Position numbers and translations under genes: made by a program. Below the pieces are notes generated by a model that was not told the origin of the DNA, did no database searches, and was given only the letters and a program-made list of their open reading frames with translations. 64,000 nt of DNA from Bacteroidota bacterium (GTDB lineage: Bacteria; Bacteroidota; Bacteroidia; CAIKAF01), in the NCBI GenBank assembly GCA_023432985.1, contig JAEZEQ010000040.1, positions 9,190 through 73,189 on the forward strand, given 5' to 3'. Of this stretch, positions 38,655-49,186 are shown one piece after another; positions within the stretch are counted from its first letter, which is position 1, and every line of letters begins with the position of its first letter.

Positions 38655-39811
38655 GAATATATAGCCTACTTATTGCCTTAGTCGGATTTATGCCGGCATT
38701 CTTTTCCTGTCAATCGGCAAAACCGATTATTAAAAAGGAATACAGGGAGACCTGGTCAAACCGAACTTTGCCTGAAGATAAACCTATATATACCATTTTT
38801 GCCCTGGGCGATGCCGGCGATCCGGATACAACGAAGATGGACAGTAATTTCGGCACCCTACAGGAGCGACTTAAACAGCAGGATGAGGAAGCTTTGCTGA
38901 TTTTTTTAGGGGATAATATTTATCCGGCCGGACTCCCACACAATAGTCACCCCGACCGCAAAGAATACGAATTACACCTCGATGCACAAATCGCCATAGC
39001 CGACAGCTTCAAAGGCCGTACCATTTTTGTTCCCGGAAATCACGACTGGGACGATGGACACGATCAAGGCTATATTAGAGCCATTGCTCAAGAAAGATAT
39101 ATAGAAAATAAAATGCAAAATGCACGGGTATTCTATCCGGAAAACGGATGTCCCGGTCCTGAAGAAATTGCATTGACGGATGATATAGTGCTTATAGTAC
39201 TCAACACGCAATGGTGGCTGCACAAACACGCTAAACCCGATACAGGTATTTGTGATTTTGGAACGGATTTTCTCTTTATGCAGGAATTCGAAAATGCCAT
39301 GAAAAGAAATGCCGGTAAAAAGGTGATCGTTGCCGCACACCACCCTATGGAAAGTCAAGGCCCGCACGGAGGTAAATTTCCTGCTACCGCCCACTTCTTC
39401 CCCTTAAGGGAATTCAACCGAAACCTTTGGGTTCCCCTGCCCTTCTTCGGCAGTCTCTATGTCATTTACCGCAAATCGGGATATATACAAGACCTTACCA
39501 ACAAACGCTACAAAGCCATGCAAGCCTCATTTCAACGTGTAATGGAACAATATCCGAACACCATTTACCTGAACGGACATGATCACAGTTTGCAATATAT
39601 TCCCAAAAACAATGTACACTATATCACCAGCGGTGCAGGTACAGAAGTATCGCATGTGGTCGGGCATAAAAGATTGCATTTCGGATATGCAGGCAGAGGC
39701 CATACCGAAATAAAATTATATGCAGACGGACAAGTTTGGGTAGAATTTATACGCACAAATAAAGAGGGTAAAGCTGAAGTTTTATACAGAACCGAATTAA
39801 AAAACAATTAA
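38651..39811 (+). CDS. secreted metallophosphoesterase (calcineurin-like phosphoesterase)
   Basis: GDxGD...GDNIY...GNHD motifs (ALGDAGDP, FLGDNIYPAG, VPGNHDWDDGHD) and a downstream GHDH motif. Confidence 0.75.
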   Translation: MRIYSLLIALVGFMPAFFSCQSAKPIIKKEYRETWSNRTLPEDKPIYTIFALGDAGDPDTTKMDSNFGTLQERLKQQDEEALLIFLGDNIYPAGLPHNSHPDRKEYELHLDAQIAIADSFKGRTIFVPGNHDWDDGHDQGYIRAIAQERYIENKMQNARVFYPENGCPGPEEIALTDDIVLIVLNTQWWLHKHAKPDTGICDFGTDFLFMQEFENAMKRNAGKKVIVAAHHPMESQGPHGGKFPATAHFFPLREFNRNLWVPLPFFGSLYVIYRKSGYIQDLTNKRYKAMQASFQRVMEQYPNTIYLNGHDHSLQYIPKNNVHYITSGAGTEVSHVVGHKRLHFGYAGRGHTEIKLYADGQVWVEFIRTNKEGKAEVLYRTELKNN

Positions 39812-39823
39812 ACCTATACGCCC

Positions 39824-40705
39824 ATGGCACGCTTAAAAGGAACCGGCATTGCAATTGTAACGCCCTTTAAAAAAGATCTGAGCATAGATTTTGAAGCTCT
39901 TGAAAATCTGATTTCATTTTGGATAAAAGGCGGCGTAGAATACCTAGTGGTAATGGGCACTACCGGAGAAAGTGTCACCCTCAGCAAGTCGGAAAAAAGC
40001 GAACTCCTCGCTTTCGTTCTTGAAAAAGTAAACGGAAAAATTCCCGTTGTAGTCGGCATAGGCGGAAATAATACGGCCGAAGTAGTGGAACAACTAAAAA
40101 GCATGGACTTATCGAAAACCGAAGCCGTACTTAGTGTAGCTCCATATTATAATAAACCCAGTCAGCAAGGCTATTTCGAACATTTTATGCAAGTGGCCGA
40201 AGCCAGCCCCAAACCCATAATTTTATACAATGTACCCGGACGTACCGGCAGCAATATGAGCGCAGCTACCACGCTTAAATTAGCCAATGCCCATTCCAAT
40301 ATTGTTGCCATAAAAGAAGCCTCAGGGAATTTGGAACAAATCACCGAAATCCTAATTCATAAACCCGAACATTTTAAGGTAATCAGCGGAGATGATAATC
40401 TCACTTTACCCATGATTGCCAGCGGTGCCGAAGGTGTAATCTCGGTTGTGGCCAATGCCTATCCATATAAATTTTCGGAAATGGTACGCTTTTGTCTCGC
40501 CGAAGATTTTGAAGCAGCCAAAACGCTTCATTATGCCTTGTTCGATTTTACCCGAAATATATTCCTCGACGGAAATCCGGCCGGTATAAAAGCCGCCCTC
40601 TACAAAAAAGGATTGTGCCAAAATATAGTGCGCCTTCCGCTCACCCCGGTTAATAACGAAACCTACGAAAAAATTATCCGATCGGTTGAAAAATTGGAAA
40701 AATAA
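39824..40705 (+). CDS. dapA: 4-hydroxy-tetrahydrodipicolinate synthase DapA
   Basis: GTGIAIVTPF, VVMGTTGES and a Schiff-base Lys region (IVAIKEASG). 293 aa. Confidence 0.85.
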   Translation: MARLKGTGIAIVTPFKKDLSIDFEALENLISFWIKGGVEYLVVMGTTGESVTLSKSEKSELLAFVLEKVNGKIPVVVGIGGNNTAEVVEQLKSMDLSKTEAVLSVAPYYNKPSQQGYFEHFMQVAEASPKPIILYNVPGRTGSNMSAATTLKLANAHSNIVAIKEASGNLEQITEILIHKPEHFKVISGDDNLTLPMIASGAEGVISVVANAYPYKFSEMVRFCLAEDFEAAKTLHYALFDFTRNIFLDGNPAGIKAALYKKGLCQNIVRLPLTPVNNETYEKIIRSVEKLEK

Positions 40706-41303
40706 AATCGCCATTTTTCTCATCCTTGTATTTCTCATTCTACTGCCCTATTTTTTCCGATATTCTATTCTTAGAGCAGTATATGGAGGCTTAATAGATA
40801 TGGACTACAGCGAAGATTCCTTTCGTTATGGCATCATTCTATCCGGAAATGCAGGCGACAGAGCAAGCTTTGCCGCCAATTTATTCCACAAAAATAAAAT
40901 AGACACTCTCATCTGTCTCGGCGAAAATATTCCGCATAATCTGCAAGCCCTCGATATGCCCATTAGCGAAGCAGAAATCAGTAAGCATATTCTACTCAAA
41001 CACAATGTACCCGCCGAAAATATTTACTGCATAGAGAGAGGACATTCTACATACGATGAATTCGCTTTTATTCAATCCTTCCTGCAAACTAAAAATGCAA
41101 GTGCCCTGCTCATTTCCTCCGATATACACAGCGCCAGAATGTCCTGGCTCCGAAAACATTTCGAGCTGTCTGAGGATAAAGTGCAGATAAAAGGAGTCCC
41201 CTCCGAAAAATTCAACAGCGAGAACTGGTGGCAAAGCGAAGAAGGCCTGATTGCCGTAAGTAATGAATGGGAAAAAAGAATCTATTATCTCCTGAAATAT
41301 TAA
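40686..41303 (+). CDS. YdcF/ElyC/SanA (DUF218) family protein
   Basis: N-terminal TM segment followed by a DUF218-like core (GIILSGNAGDRASFAANLF...LICLGE). 20-bp overlap with dapA. Confidence 0.55.
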   Translation: MKNWKNKIAIFLILVFLILLPYFFRYSILRAVYGGLIDMDYSEDSFRYGIILSGNAGDRASFAANLFHKNKIDTLICLGENIPHNLQALDMPISEAEISKHILLKHNVPAENIYCIERGHSTYDEFAFIQSFLQTKNASALLISSDIHSARMSWLRKHFELSEDKVQIKGVPSEKFNSENWWQSEEGLIAVSNEWEKRIYYLLKY

Positions 41304-41567
41304 AATATTTTCCCGTTTTTTACACGCACACTTATCAACAATCCATCCCTGAGAAATGGGAATTAAATTAGTTATCAACAAAACAGCTCGCATACAAAAA
41401 CCTGATAATAAGGCATATACCAAAACAAAAAAACAACCATACACAGAAACAAGTTTTCAACCTATTAAAAAACAAGGGCATGCGAGCAAGTCAGGAAAAT
41501 CGTGAATAAAATGTTCATAAGATTTTTGCTTTAAAAAACGGAACAGGTTCCGTATTTTTGTTCGAGT

Positions 41568-43067
41568 ATGAATGAAAAGAATAATATACAATCTCGTCGC
41601 AATGTGCGGAGCGGATTTCAGGGTATAGAAAACAGTCAGGTCAGCCGTATGCAACCCCAGGCTATCGATTTAGAAGAGGCTGTATTGGGTGCCGTGATGA
41701 TTGATAAAGAGGCAGTGATTACGGTATTGGAAATTGTAAAGCCTGATTTTTTTTATTTAGATCAACATAAAGAAATTCTGCAGGCTGTTTCTCAGCTTTT
41801 CGCCAATAGTCAGCCCGTTGACATAATGACGGTGACCGAACAATTGCGTAAAAACGGTCAGCTCGATTTTGTGGGCGGGCCGGTTTATATTACCCGACTG
41901 GCTTCGCGTGTAGGTTCTTCTGCCAATGTAGAATATCATGCACGTATTATTGCCGAGAAGTATATCAAACGCGAATTGATTTCCATTTCATCCAAAATTA
42001 TAGAGAATTCCTTCGACGATACCATAGATACATTCGAGCTCTTGAATGATGCAGAAAGCAAATTGTTCGGAGTCTCCGAAAAGAATATTAAAAGAGGATA
42101 TGAAGGCATAGATGCCGTTATTAAAAAGGCTTTTCAACAAATAGACCAATTGGCCAATAATAAGGACGGCTTATCCGGCGTTCCATCCGATTATGAAGAT
42201 TTGGACGAAATGACCGCAGGATGGCAAAAAGGGAATCTTATCATTTTGGCTGCACGCCCCGGTATGGGAAAAACATCCTTCGCCCTTTCTTTAATCCGTA
42301 ATGCAGCCGTAAAATACAATAAACCTGTTGCTATTTTCTCCTTGGAGATGAGCAATATCGAATTGGTAAACCGATTGATTATGTCGGAAGCTAATATTTC
42401 GGGTGAAGCATTGAAAAAAGGAAATTTGAGCGAACAAGAAATTGCATCTCTTCCCGCCAAATTGAGTGCGCTCGAACAGGCTCCCATATATATAGACGAT
42501 ACGGCAGGACTTACCATTTACGAGTTCAGAGCGAAAGCCCGGAAATTAAAAATGCAGCATCAAATACAGATGATTATCATCGACTATTTGCAATTAATGA
42601 CAGCCGGTATTGACTCGAAAGGACCCGGGAACCGCGAGCAAGAAATTTCGACCATCTCACGTACCTTAAAGGCCATTGCCAAAGAACTTGATATTCCCAT
42701 TATCGCCCTTTCTCAGTTGAGCCGTAGCGTCGAAACCCGCGCAGGGGATAAAAGACCGCAATTATCCGACCTTAGGGAGTCCGGCGCCATTGAACAAGAT
42801 GCCGATATGGTTATGTTTATTTTCAGACCCGAATACTACGGTATAGACAGCGACGAAAATGGAAATAGTACCCAAGGACTGGCCGAAATTATTATTGCCA
42901 AACACCGAAGCGGATCTACGGGCACAGCCAAATTACGCTTTATACCGGCACAAACCCGATTCGAAAATTATCATACCGAATATTCCATGCCTAATGGTAC
43001 ACTCGACCATATGGTATTCGACCACAAAACATTCACCTCAAAAATGAATGATGAGCCACCTTTCTAA
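41568..43067 (+). CDS. dnaB: replicative DNA helicase DnaB
   Basis: N-terminal IDLEEAVLGAVMID motif, Walker A ARPGMGKTSF, DYLQLM, SQLSR and RecA-like C-terminal motifs. There is no intein. Confidence 0.9.
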   Translation: MNEKNNIQSRRNVRSGFQGIENSQVSRMQPQAIDLEEAVLGAVMIDKEAVITVLEIVKPDFFYLDQHKEILQAVSQLFANSQPVDIMTVTEQLRKNGQLDFVGGPVYITRLASRVGSSANVEYHARIIAEKYIKRELISISSKIIENSFDDTIDTFELLNDAESKLFGVSEKNIKRGYEGIDAVIKKAFQQIDQLANNKDGLSGVPSDYEDLDEMTAGWQKGNLIILAARPGMGKTSFALSLIRNAAVKYNKPVAIFSLEMSNIELVNRLIMSEANISGEALKKGNLSEQEIASLPAKLSALEQAPIYIDDTAGLTIYEFRAKARKLKMQHQIQMIIIDYLQLMTAGIDSKGPGNREQEISTISRTLKAIAKELDIPIIALSQLSRSVETRAGDKRPQLSDLRESGAIEQDADMVMFIFRPEYYGIDSDENGNSTQGLAEIIIAKHRSGSTGTAKLRFIPAQTRFENYHTEYSMPNGTLDHMVFDHKTFTSKMNDEPPF

Positions 43068-43101
43068 TACTATATTCCATAAAATTTGCGTTCTTTAGCC
43101 T

Positions 43102-44367
43102 ATGTTCAAAAATGCACTTTTTATCCTTATCCTCATTTTCTCGGGAGGCATATACTCCGCAAATGCTGCATATATGCTTATTCCCATGGACGAAAAACAG
43201 GCAAATCACCTCAAAGCATACGGTATCGCTTATTATACGCTGAGCTATGATGTGGAAATGTATTGGTTACTGAATTATCGGGGCGGCTCTTTTATGTTTA
43301 AACATGCAGCGGAATTCGAAAAAGAATGTACTATTCGAGGGGTAACCTACGAAATTATAGCCGATGCCAGATCTAGCGCCATCCTTAGCGAGGTAGCCGA
43401 TCCCGAACTCAATGCCGATGCAGTGCGTATGGAAAAAGCACCTAAAATCGCCGTTTATAGCCCCAAAGACAAACAACCCTGGGACGATGCTGTAACGCTT
43501 GTGCTTTCTTATGCCGAAATTCCATACGATATTATTTACGACGACGAAGTGCTCGATGGCAAATTGGCACTGTACGACTGGCTCCATTTACATCATGAAG
43601 ATTTCACCGGACAATACGGGAAATTCTGGGCCTCATACCGAAATGCTCCTTGGTACAAAGAACAGGTGCGCTCTCAAGAAGCTACAGCCCGAAAATATGG
43701 GTTTACAAAGGTAAGTCAGCTCAAACTGACCGTAGCCAAAAATATCAAAAGCTTCGTGCAAGGCGGTGGTTATATGTTCGCCATGTGCAGCGCAACCGAT
43801 AGCTACGACATCGCCCTGGCAGCAGAAGGTGTCGACATTTGCGATTATATGTACGACGGCGACCCTATGGAACACGCCGCTCAATCAAAAATTAATTATA
43901 ACGCCACCATGGCCTTTCGCGACTTCAGTATCTCTACGAATCCACTCGAATATGAATACAGTAATATCGACGCCACTATGTGGAGAAATGTGCCGAAAAC
44001 ACAAGACTTTTTTACCCTATTCGAATTCTCTGCCAAATGGGATCCCGTACCTACCATGCTCACGCAATGCCATCAAGTGGTCATTCCCGGATTTATGGGA
44101 CAAACAACGGCCTTTAGAAAACAATTCCTGAAACCCGGAGTCCTCGTTCTTGCCGAAACTAAAATTGCCAATGAAGCCAGATATATTCACGGCGAATCGG
44201 GCAAAGGATTCTGGACCTGGTATGGCGGACATGATCCCGAAGATTATCAACATATGGTGGGTGACCCTCCCACCGATTTGGCCCTACACCCCAATTCGCC
44301 CGGATATAGACTTATCCTCAATAATGTCCTATTTCCCGCTGCAAAAAAGAAAAAACAAAAAACCTAA
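43102..44367 (+). CDS. secreted hypothetical protein; family often mis-annotated 'asparagine synthetase B' in Bacteroidota, possibly type-1 glutamine-amidotransferase-like fold
   Basis: Signal peptide (SANAAY). Two halves have KIAVY...DWLHLHHED and VLVLAE...GGHDPEDYQH motifs reminiscent of ThuA/GATase1-like domains. The family call is from memory. Confidence 0.35.
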   Translation: MFKNALFILILIFSGGIYSANAAYMLIPMDEKQANHLKAYGIAYYTLSYDVEMYWLLNYRGGSFMFKHAAEFEKECTIRGVTYEIIADARSSAILSEVADPELNADAVRMEKAPKIAVYSPKDKQPWDDAVTLVLSYAEIPYDIIYDDEVLDGKLALYDWLHLHHEDFTGQYGKFWASYRNAPWYKEQVRSQEATARKYGFTKVSQLKLTVAKNIKSFVQGGGYMFAMCSATDSYDIALAAEGVDICDYMYDGDPMEHAAQSKINYNATMAFRDFSISTNPLEYEYSNIDATMWRNVPKTQDFFTLFEFSAKWDPVPTMLTQCHQVVIPGFMGQTTAFRKQFLKPGVLVLAETKIANEARYIHGESGKGFWTWYGGHDPEDYQHMVGDPPTDLALHPNSPGYRLILNNVLFPAAKKKKQKT

Positions 44368-44391
44368 ATCTCCATTTCCTTTTTTAGCTTT

Positions 44392-46101
44392 GTGGTGTAC
44401 ATGAATCGCTTTCTATTCCATTTTATAAGCTACGCCAATACGCATAAAGCTCAGCTTTCCATTCTCGGAATCGCACTCTTTTATTTTCTTTTTTTGCCCA
44501 TTGATATCATGGACATCGATGCCGCTCAATATGCCTCTATTGCGCGCGAGATGACCGAAAACGGAAGCTATTTACAAGTCTACCAACGTGAAGCCGATTA
44601 TCTCGATAAACCCCCACTCCTTTTTTGGTTGGCCTCCCTCTCTTTTACGCTTTTCGGATTCACAAATGCCGCATTTAAATTCCCGGCCGTTCTCATTATT
44701 CTGCTCGGAATCTTCAGTACCTATAAGGCAAGCCGGCTTTTCTACAGCGAGAAAATATCCCTGACTGCCATGCTTATCCTCGCAAGCACGCAAGCCTATT
44801 TCCTTATGGCAAACGACGTGCGTACGGATGGCATTTTATCCGGTTTTACCATTTTTGCTACCTGGCAATTATTGCGATTCAGCATTAAACAAAATTTTCA
44901 AGCACTGGCCCTCGGCGCAACGGGTATAGCCCTGGCCATGCTCAGCAAAGGCCCTATCGGCGCCATTATTCCTCTGGCTGCTGTTATACCACACCTTATC
45001 CTTACAAGAAATTTTAAGGCTCTGTTTAATCCTCTTTGGCTCTTATTGCCTCTTATCGTCCTCCTTCTGCTCTCGCCTATGCTTTATGGCCTATACCAAC
45101 AGTTCGACCTGCATCCCGAGAAAAAAGTATACGGACTGGATGGCCCTTCTGGTATCAAATTTTTCTTTTGGACACAAAGTTTCGGACGTATTACCGGAGA
45201 TATATACTGGAAAGATGATTCGGGTCCCCTCTTTTTTCTTCAATCTATGGCCTGGGACCTGCAACCCTGGTTTATTCTCGCCTTGGCGGCTGTATTGATT
45301 TCTCTTTATTTTACAGGCAAATCGCTTATTCAACATAAAACGATCCACGAAGCATGGTCTTTGTGCGGATTCCTACTCCCCTTTATCGCATTAAGCAGCT
45401 CGCAATTCAAATTACCCCACTATGTTTTCCCGCTTTTTTCCTTCTTGTCTGTGCAAATAGCCCTGCTTTTTTTCGAACGCTTTATGCATTTACCCCGCTT
45501 GCTCAGATTAAGCCTTTGCTTTTTTCAAAGTATTCCCCTTTTTGCTTTTCCCATTTTAACCGCTTTAATTTTCCTGTTTGTTTTTACTCCCGATCCCATT
45601 TTTGTCACCCTTTTTTATCTGCTACTTGCCTGTATACTTTATCTGGTTTACAAACTATATAAAAAGCCTTTGGATCGACTGGTATATGCAAATATTGGCG
45701 TGGCCATGTGGTGCTCCCTCTTTCTTTCTCTGCATTTCTACCCCCATTTATTACGCTACCAGGGTAGTGCCCAGGCCGGGAAGTGGGTTAGTCAAGAAAA
45801 TATAGCGCAAGACCAATTTTATACCGTCGATGTGCACTCTTTTTCGCTCGACTTTTACGCCCGGCGCGTGGTGCCCTATACCCCATTCGACCAATTACAC
45901 AATCTTCCTGCCAATACCTATATACTCTTGAGCGAAGAAGCAAAAAACAAACTCATGCAAAATCACCCCTTGGCTTTTGACATCGTAAAAAAATACGACC
46001 AATACTCGGTCACTATTCTAAAAAAAGAATTTCTCCTGAAAGAATCCAGAGCAAATCAGCTTAAATCTATTTTTATTTTGAAAAAAAGAAATGAGAATTA
46101 A
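44392..46101 (+). CDS. glycosyltransferase family 39/83 (ArnT/PMT-like GT-C) membrane protein
   Basis: N-terminal motif IDAAQYASIAREMTENGSYLQVYQREADYLDKPPLLFW, typical of ArnT-like undecaprenyl-phosphate-sugar transferases. It has 11-12 TM segments. Confidence 0.7.
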   Translation: MVYMNRFLFHFISYANTHKAQLSILGIALFYFLFLPIDIMDIDAAQYASIAREMTENGSYLQVYQREADYLDKPPLLFWLASLSFTLFGFTNAAFKFPAVLIILLGIFSTYKASRLFYSEKISLTAMLILASTQAYFLMANDVRTDGILSGFTIFATWQLLRFSIKQNFQALALGATGIALAMLSKGPIGAIIPLAAVIPHLILTRNFKALFNPLWLLLPLIVLLLLSPMLYGLYQQFDLHPEKKVYGLDGPSGIKFFFWTQSFGRITGDIYWKDDSGPLFFLQSMAWDLQPWFILALAAVLISLYFTGKSLIQHKTIHEAWSLCGFLLPFIALSSSQFKLPHYVFPLFSFLSVQIALLFFERFMHLPRLLRLSLCFFQSIPLFAFPILTALIFLFVFTPDPIFVTLFYLLLACILYLVYKLYKKPLDRLVYANIGVAMWCSLFLSLHFYPHLLRYQGSAQAGKWVSQENIAQDQFYTVDVHSFSLDFYARRVVPYTPFDQLHNLPANTYILLSEEAKNKLMQNHPLAFDIVKKYDQYSVTILKKEFLLKESRANQLKSIFILKKRNEN

Positions 46102-46143
46102 ATTGCACCGAGGACTTTTAAAATTTTATACCTTAGTATTCTA

Positions 46144-47412
46144 ATGGAAAACCTGAATATATTCTTCATCCTTATTTCCTGCATACTTCTATCCGCATTT
46201 TATTCGGGCATGGAATCCGCATTTATTTCGGCCAATAAACTGAAAATTGAAATCGATAAAAGTTCGGGCAATTTCACAGGAAAAATCATAGCCTATATTA
46301 CCCGTCAACCGGCCAAATTCTACAGTGCATTGCTGGTCGGAAATACTTTGGTAATTGCCGTATATGCCATTCATTTCAATAATATACTCCTTCCATATCT
46401 GTCGGCATACATAAGCAATAGCTTTTTGATTGTATTGGTCGAGATTTTTATCTCCGCATTTATTTTATTGATATTCGGCGAGTTTATTCCCAAAGCTTTC
46501 TTTCAAATAAACCCCAATCGCATCATGCAAATATTTGCTGTACCCGCGTTTATTTCATTCATCCTTCTCTATCCCATCGTAATTTTGTTTACTTATATTT
46601 CTGAATTATTTTTAAAAATAATCGGACAAAATTATAAAGACCTCGACCTTTCTTTTGGACGTATAGACCTCGATCATCTGGTAAAGGAAGCCACGGAAGA
46701 AAATCCGGCCGCCAACCAGGAATACGTAGACCATGAAATTAAAATTTTTAAAAATGCGCTCGAATTTTCGGAATTGAAAGTGCGCGATTGTATGACGCCC
46801 CGAAAGGAAATTATTGCCATAGACCTGGAAGACGGAATCGAAATTTTACAAAAGAAATTTGAAGAAACCGGCTTGTCGAAAATCCTTGTTTATAAAGATT
46901 CTATCGACAATATTCTTGGATATGTACACAGCTTTTCTTTGTTTAAAAAGCCCACAGATTTAAGCCGTATTCTCATTAAACCTCTCGAAATGCGCGAATC
47001 GTATCCGGCTCAAAAAGCCTTGAGCGATTTGGTAAAAGATCGGAAAAGTATGGCGGTTATCATAGACGAATTCGGAGGAATATCTGGCTTATTGACTACG
47101 GAAGATTTAATGGAGGAGATATTTGGCGAGATTGAGGATGAACACGACACCGAAGATTTAAAGGAACAACGTATCGATGATAATGAATTTATCCTTTCTG
47201 CCAGATTGGAAATAAAATACCTCAACGAAAAATATAATCTGGGTATTCCCGAGTCGGAGGTTTACAGTACGCTCGCCGGATTTATTATTGATTCCTGCCA
47301 AAGCATTCCCACAAAAAATGAGGTAGTGCAAATAGATCAATTCGAATTTATTATTCTCGAAACCGGTGCTTCACGCATCGAAGAAGTAAAACTTACTATC
47401 AAGGAAGCATAA
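46144..47412 (+). CDS. hemolysin-family / CNNM-type protein (DUF21 TM domain, CBS pair, CorC-HlyC domain), GldE-like
   Basis: Four N-terminal TM helices, a CBS pair (KVRDCMTPRKEIIAID...LVYKDSIDNILGYV), and a C-terminal CorC/HlyC transporter-associated domain. This is the same architecture as gliding-motility GldE, but gldD is not adjacent. Confidence 0.7.
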   Translation: MENLNIFFILISCILLSAFYSGMESAFISANKLKIEIDKSSGNFTGKIIAYITRQPAKFYSALLVGNTLVIAVYAIHFNNILLPYLSAYISNSFLIVLVEIFISAFILLIFGEFIPKAFFQINPNRIMQIFAVPAFISFILLYPIVILFTYISELFLKIIGQNYKDLDLSFGRIDLDHLVKEATEENPAANQEYVDHEIKIFKNALEFSELKVRDCMTPRKEIIAIDLEDGIEILQKKFEETGLSKILVYKDSIDNILGYVHSFSLFKKPTDLSRILIKPLEMRESYPAQKALSDLVKDRKSMAVIIDEFGGISGLLTTEDLMEEIFGEIEDEHDTEDLKEQRIDDNEFILSARLEIKYLNEKYNLGIPESEVYSTLAGFIIDSCQSIPTKNEVVQIDQFEFIILETGASRIEEVKLTIKEA

Positions 47413-47448
47413 AAAAAAACAAGCTTCTGATTAAGAAGCCTGTTTTCT
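47412..47448. terminator. bidirectional hairpin terminator between the convergent GldE-like and LemA genes
   Basis: An A-run at 47411-47419, a stem AAGCTTCT / AGAAGCCT (one mismatch) with loop GATTA, then TGTTTTCT. Confidence 0.45.
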
Positions 47449-47467
47449 AAATATCCTGAGCGCTTAA

Positions 47468-48073
47468 TTATTCCTCTTTCAAATTACTGAATTCCAAATC
47501 CGGAACTACGTCCGCTCCTTCTTTTGCTTTGAAATAAGCTTTGCTGTCGAAGCCAAATATAGATGCAATTATATTAGCCGGGAATTTACGTATATAGGTA
47601 TTGTAATCCTGAACCGTTTCATTAAACCGCATTCTTTCTGTGGCAATTCTGTTTTCGGTTCCCGCCAATTCGTCCATCAATGAAGTATAGCCCTGTATAC
47701 TTTGCAATTGAGGATAATTTTCAGTTATCATTAATAAGCGACCCAATGCCTGGCTCAATTCGCCCTGCGCAGCATCAAATTTATCCAATTCTTCTTGGGA
47801 TAAATTCTTAGGATCTATGGTAACCTGAGTAGCTTTTGCACGAGCAGAAACTACGCCTTCGAGAATGTCTTGCTCGCGTATAGCCGCAGACTCAACCGTT
47901 TTTACCAAATTCGGAATCAAATCCGAACGGCGTTGATATTGGTTTTCTACCTGAGCCCATGCCCCAACAATGGCTTCTTCTTTTTGTACCATGCTGTTAT
48001 AACCGCAAGAGGGTAAAAACATGGACAGACCTAACAAAACAAACAATCCGAATACTACTTTTTTCATTTTCAT
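47468..48073 (-). CDS. LemA family protein
   Basis: N-terminal signal/TM segment plus a conserved LemA core (QVENQYQRRSDLIPNLVKTV...RMRFNETVQDYNTYIRKFP). Confidence 0.8.
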   Translation of the reverse strand: MKMKKVVFGLFVLLGLSMFLPSCGYNSMVQKEEAIVGAWAQVENQYQRRSDLIPNLVKTVESAAIREQDILEGVVSARAKATQVTIDPKNLSQEELDKFDAAQGELSQALGRLLMITENYPQLQSIQGYTSLMDELAGTENRIATERMRFNETVQDYNTYIRKFPANIIASIFGFDSKAYFKAKEGADVVPDLEFSNLKEE

Positions 48074-48244
48074 TTAATACAAATTTGATTGTATAAATAT
48101 AACAGATTTTCTTATCAATTTCGCAAGAGTCAACAAGAATTTAATTTTACCCTGCCTTGAAGTACTATTTGCAAAAAAGGCGGAAAAATGGAGAAATGAG
48201 GCGCATTCCGAGCTAAATTATTACTTTTGCCTGATTATTAGCAC

Positions 48245-49186
48245 ATGAAGGTTTACCGGGATTTAAAAGAATTTACAAAATTAGACAATGCGGTTGTGAG
48301 CACCGGCACCTTCGACGGGGTACACAATGGGCATAAAATTATTTTACAGCGTTTATGCAAAACGGCCGAACAAACCGGTGGTGAAAGTGTATTAATTACC
48401 TTCGATCCACATCCGCGCCTCGTTCTGAATCCCACAGGAAATACTGACCTAAAACTACTCACTACGGTAGACGAAAAAATCGCATTATTGGAAGCCCAAG
48501 GCATACAACATTTGCTGATTATTCCATTCACTCCGGAGTTTGCACAAACCAGCGGAGAAGCTTATATAAAAGATATTTTGGTCGACACCATTGGGGTTAA
48601 AAAGCTGGTGATTGGATACGACCATCGATTTGGAAAAGGGCGTGGGGGAAGTTTTAAAGAACTGGTCGAATTGGCTCCTACATACGGGTTTGAAGTGGAA
48701 GAAATTCCGGCCGTTGAAATCGACGACTCCGCCATCAGTTCTACAAAAATTCGAAAAGCCATAGCAGCCGGCGATATGGAAGGCGCAAACGAAAAACTGG
48801 GCTACCCTTATGCCCTCTCCGGAAGGGTTGTAAAAGGACACCAATTAGGACGCACCATACAATTCCCAACCGCCAATATTGAACCCGAAGACAGCCTGAA
48901 ACTCATACCGGCTATTGGGGTATATGCCGCAACGGTAGAACTGAACAACAAGGAATATTATGCTATGGTGAATATAGGAGTTCGCCCCACTTTCGGTGGA
49001 AATAAATTGAAAATTGAAACACATATTATTAACTTTGAGGAGGACATATATCATAAAACCATTTGCATTCGTTTTAGATCCAGAATTCGTCCCGAAATAA
49101 AATTTAATTCAGCCGATGATCTCAAAATTCAACTTCAAAAAGATAAAAATACCATACTTCGTATTCTTGCTGATATGGGTTGCTAA
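48245..49186 (+). CDS. ribF: bifunctional riboflavin kinase / FMN adenylyltransferase RibF
   Basis: N-terminal FAD synthetase region (GTFDGVHNGH) and C-terminal riboflavin kinase region (GRVVKGHQLGRTIQFPTAN). Confidence 0.85.
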   Translation: MKVYRDLKEFTKLDNAVVSTGTFDGVHNGHKIILQRLCKTAEQTGGESVLITFDPHPRLVLNPTGNTDLKLLTTVDEKIALLEAQGIQHLLIIPFTPEFAQTSGEAYIKDILVDTIGVKKLVIGYDHRFGKGRGGSFKELVELAPTYGFEVEEIPAVEIDDSAISSTKIRKAIAAGDMEGANEKLGYPYALSGRVVKGHQLGRTIQFPTANIEPEDSLKLIPAIGVYAATVELNNKEYYAMVNIGVRPTFGGNKLKIETHIINFEEDIYHKTICIRFRSRIRPEIKFNSADDLKIQLQKDKNTILRILADMGC

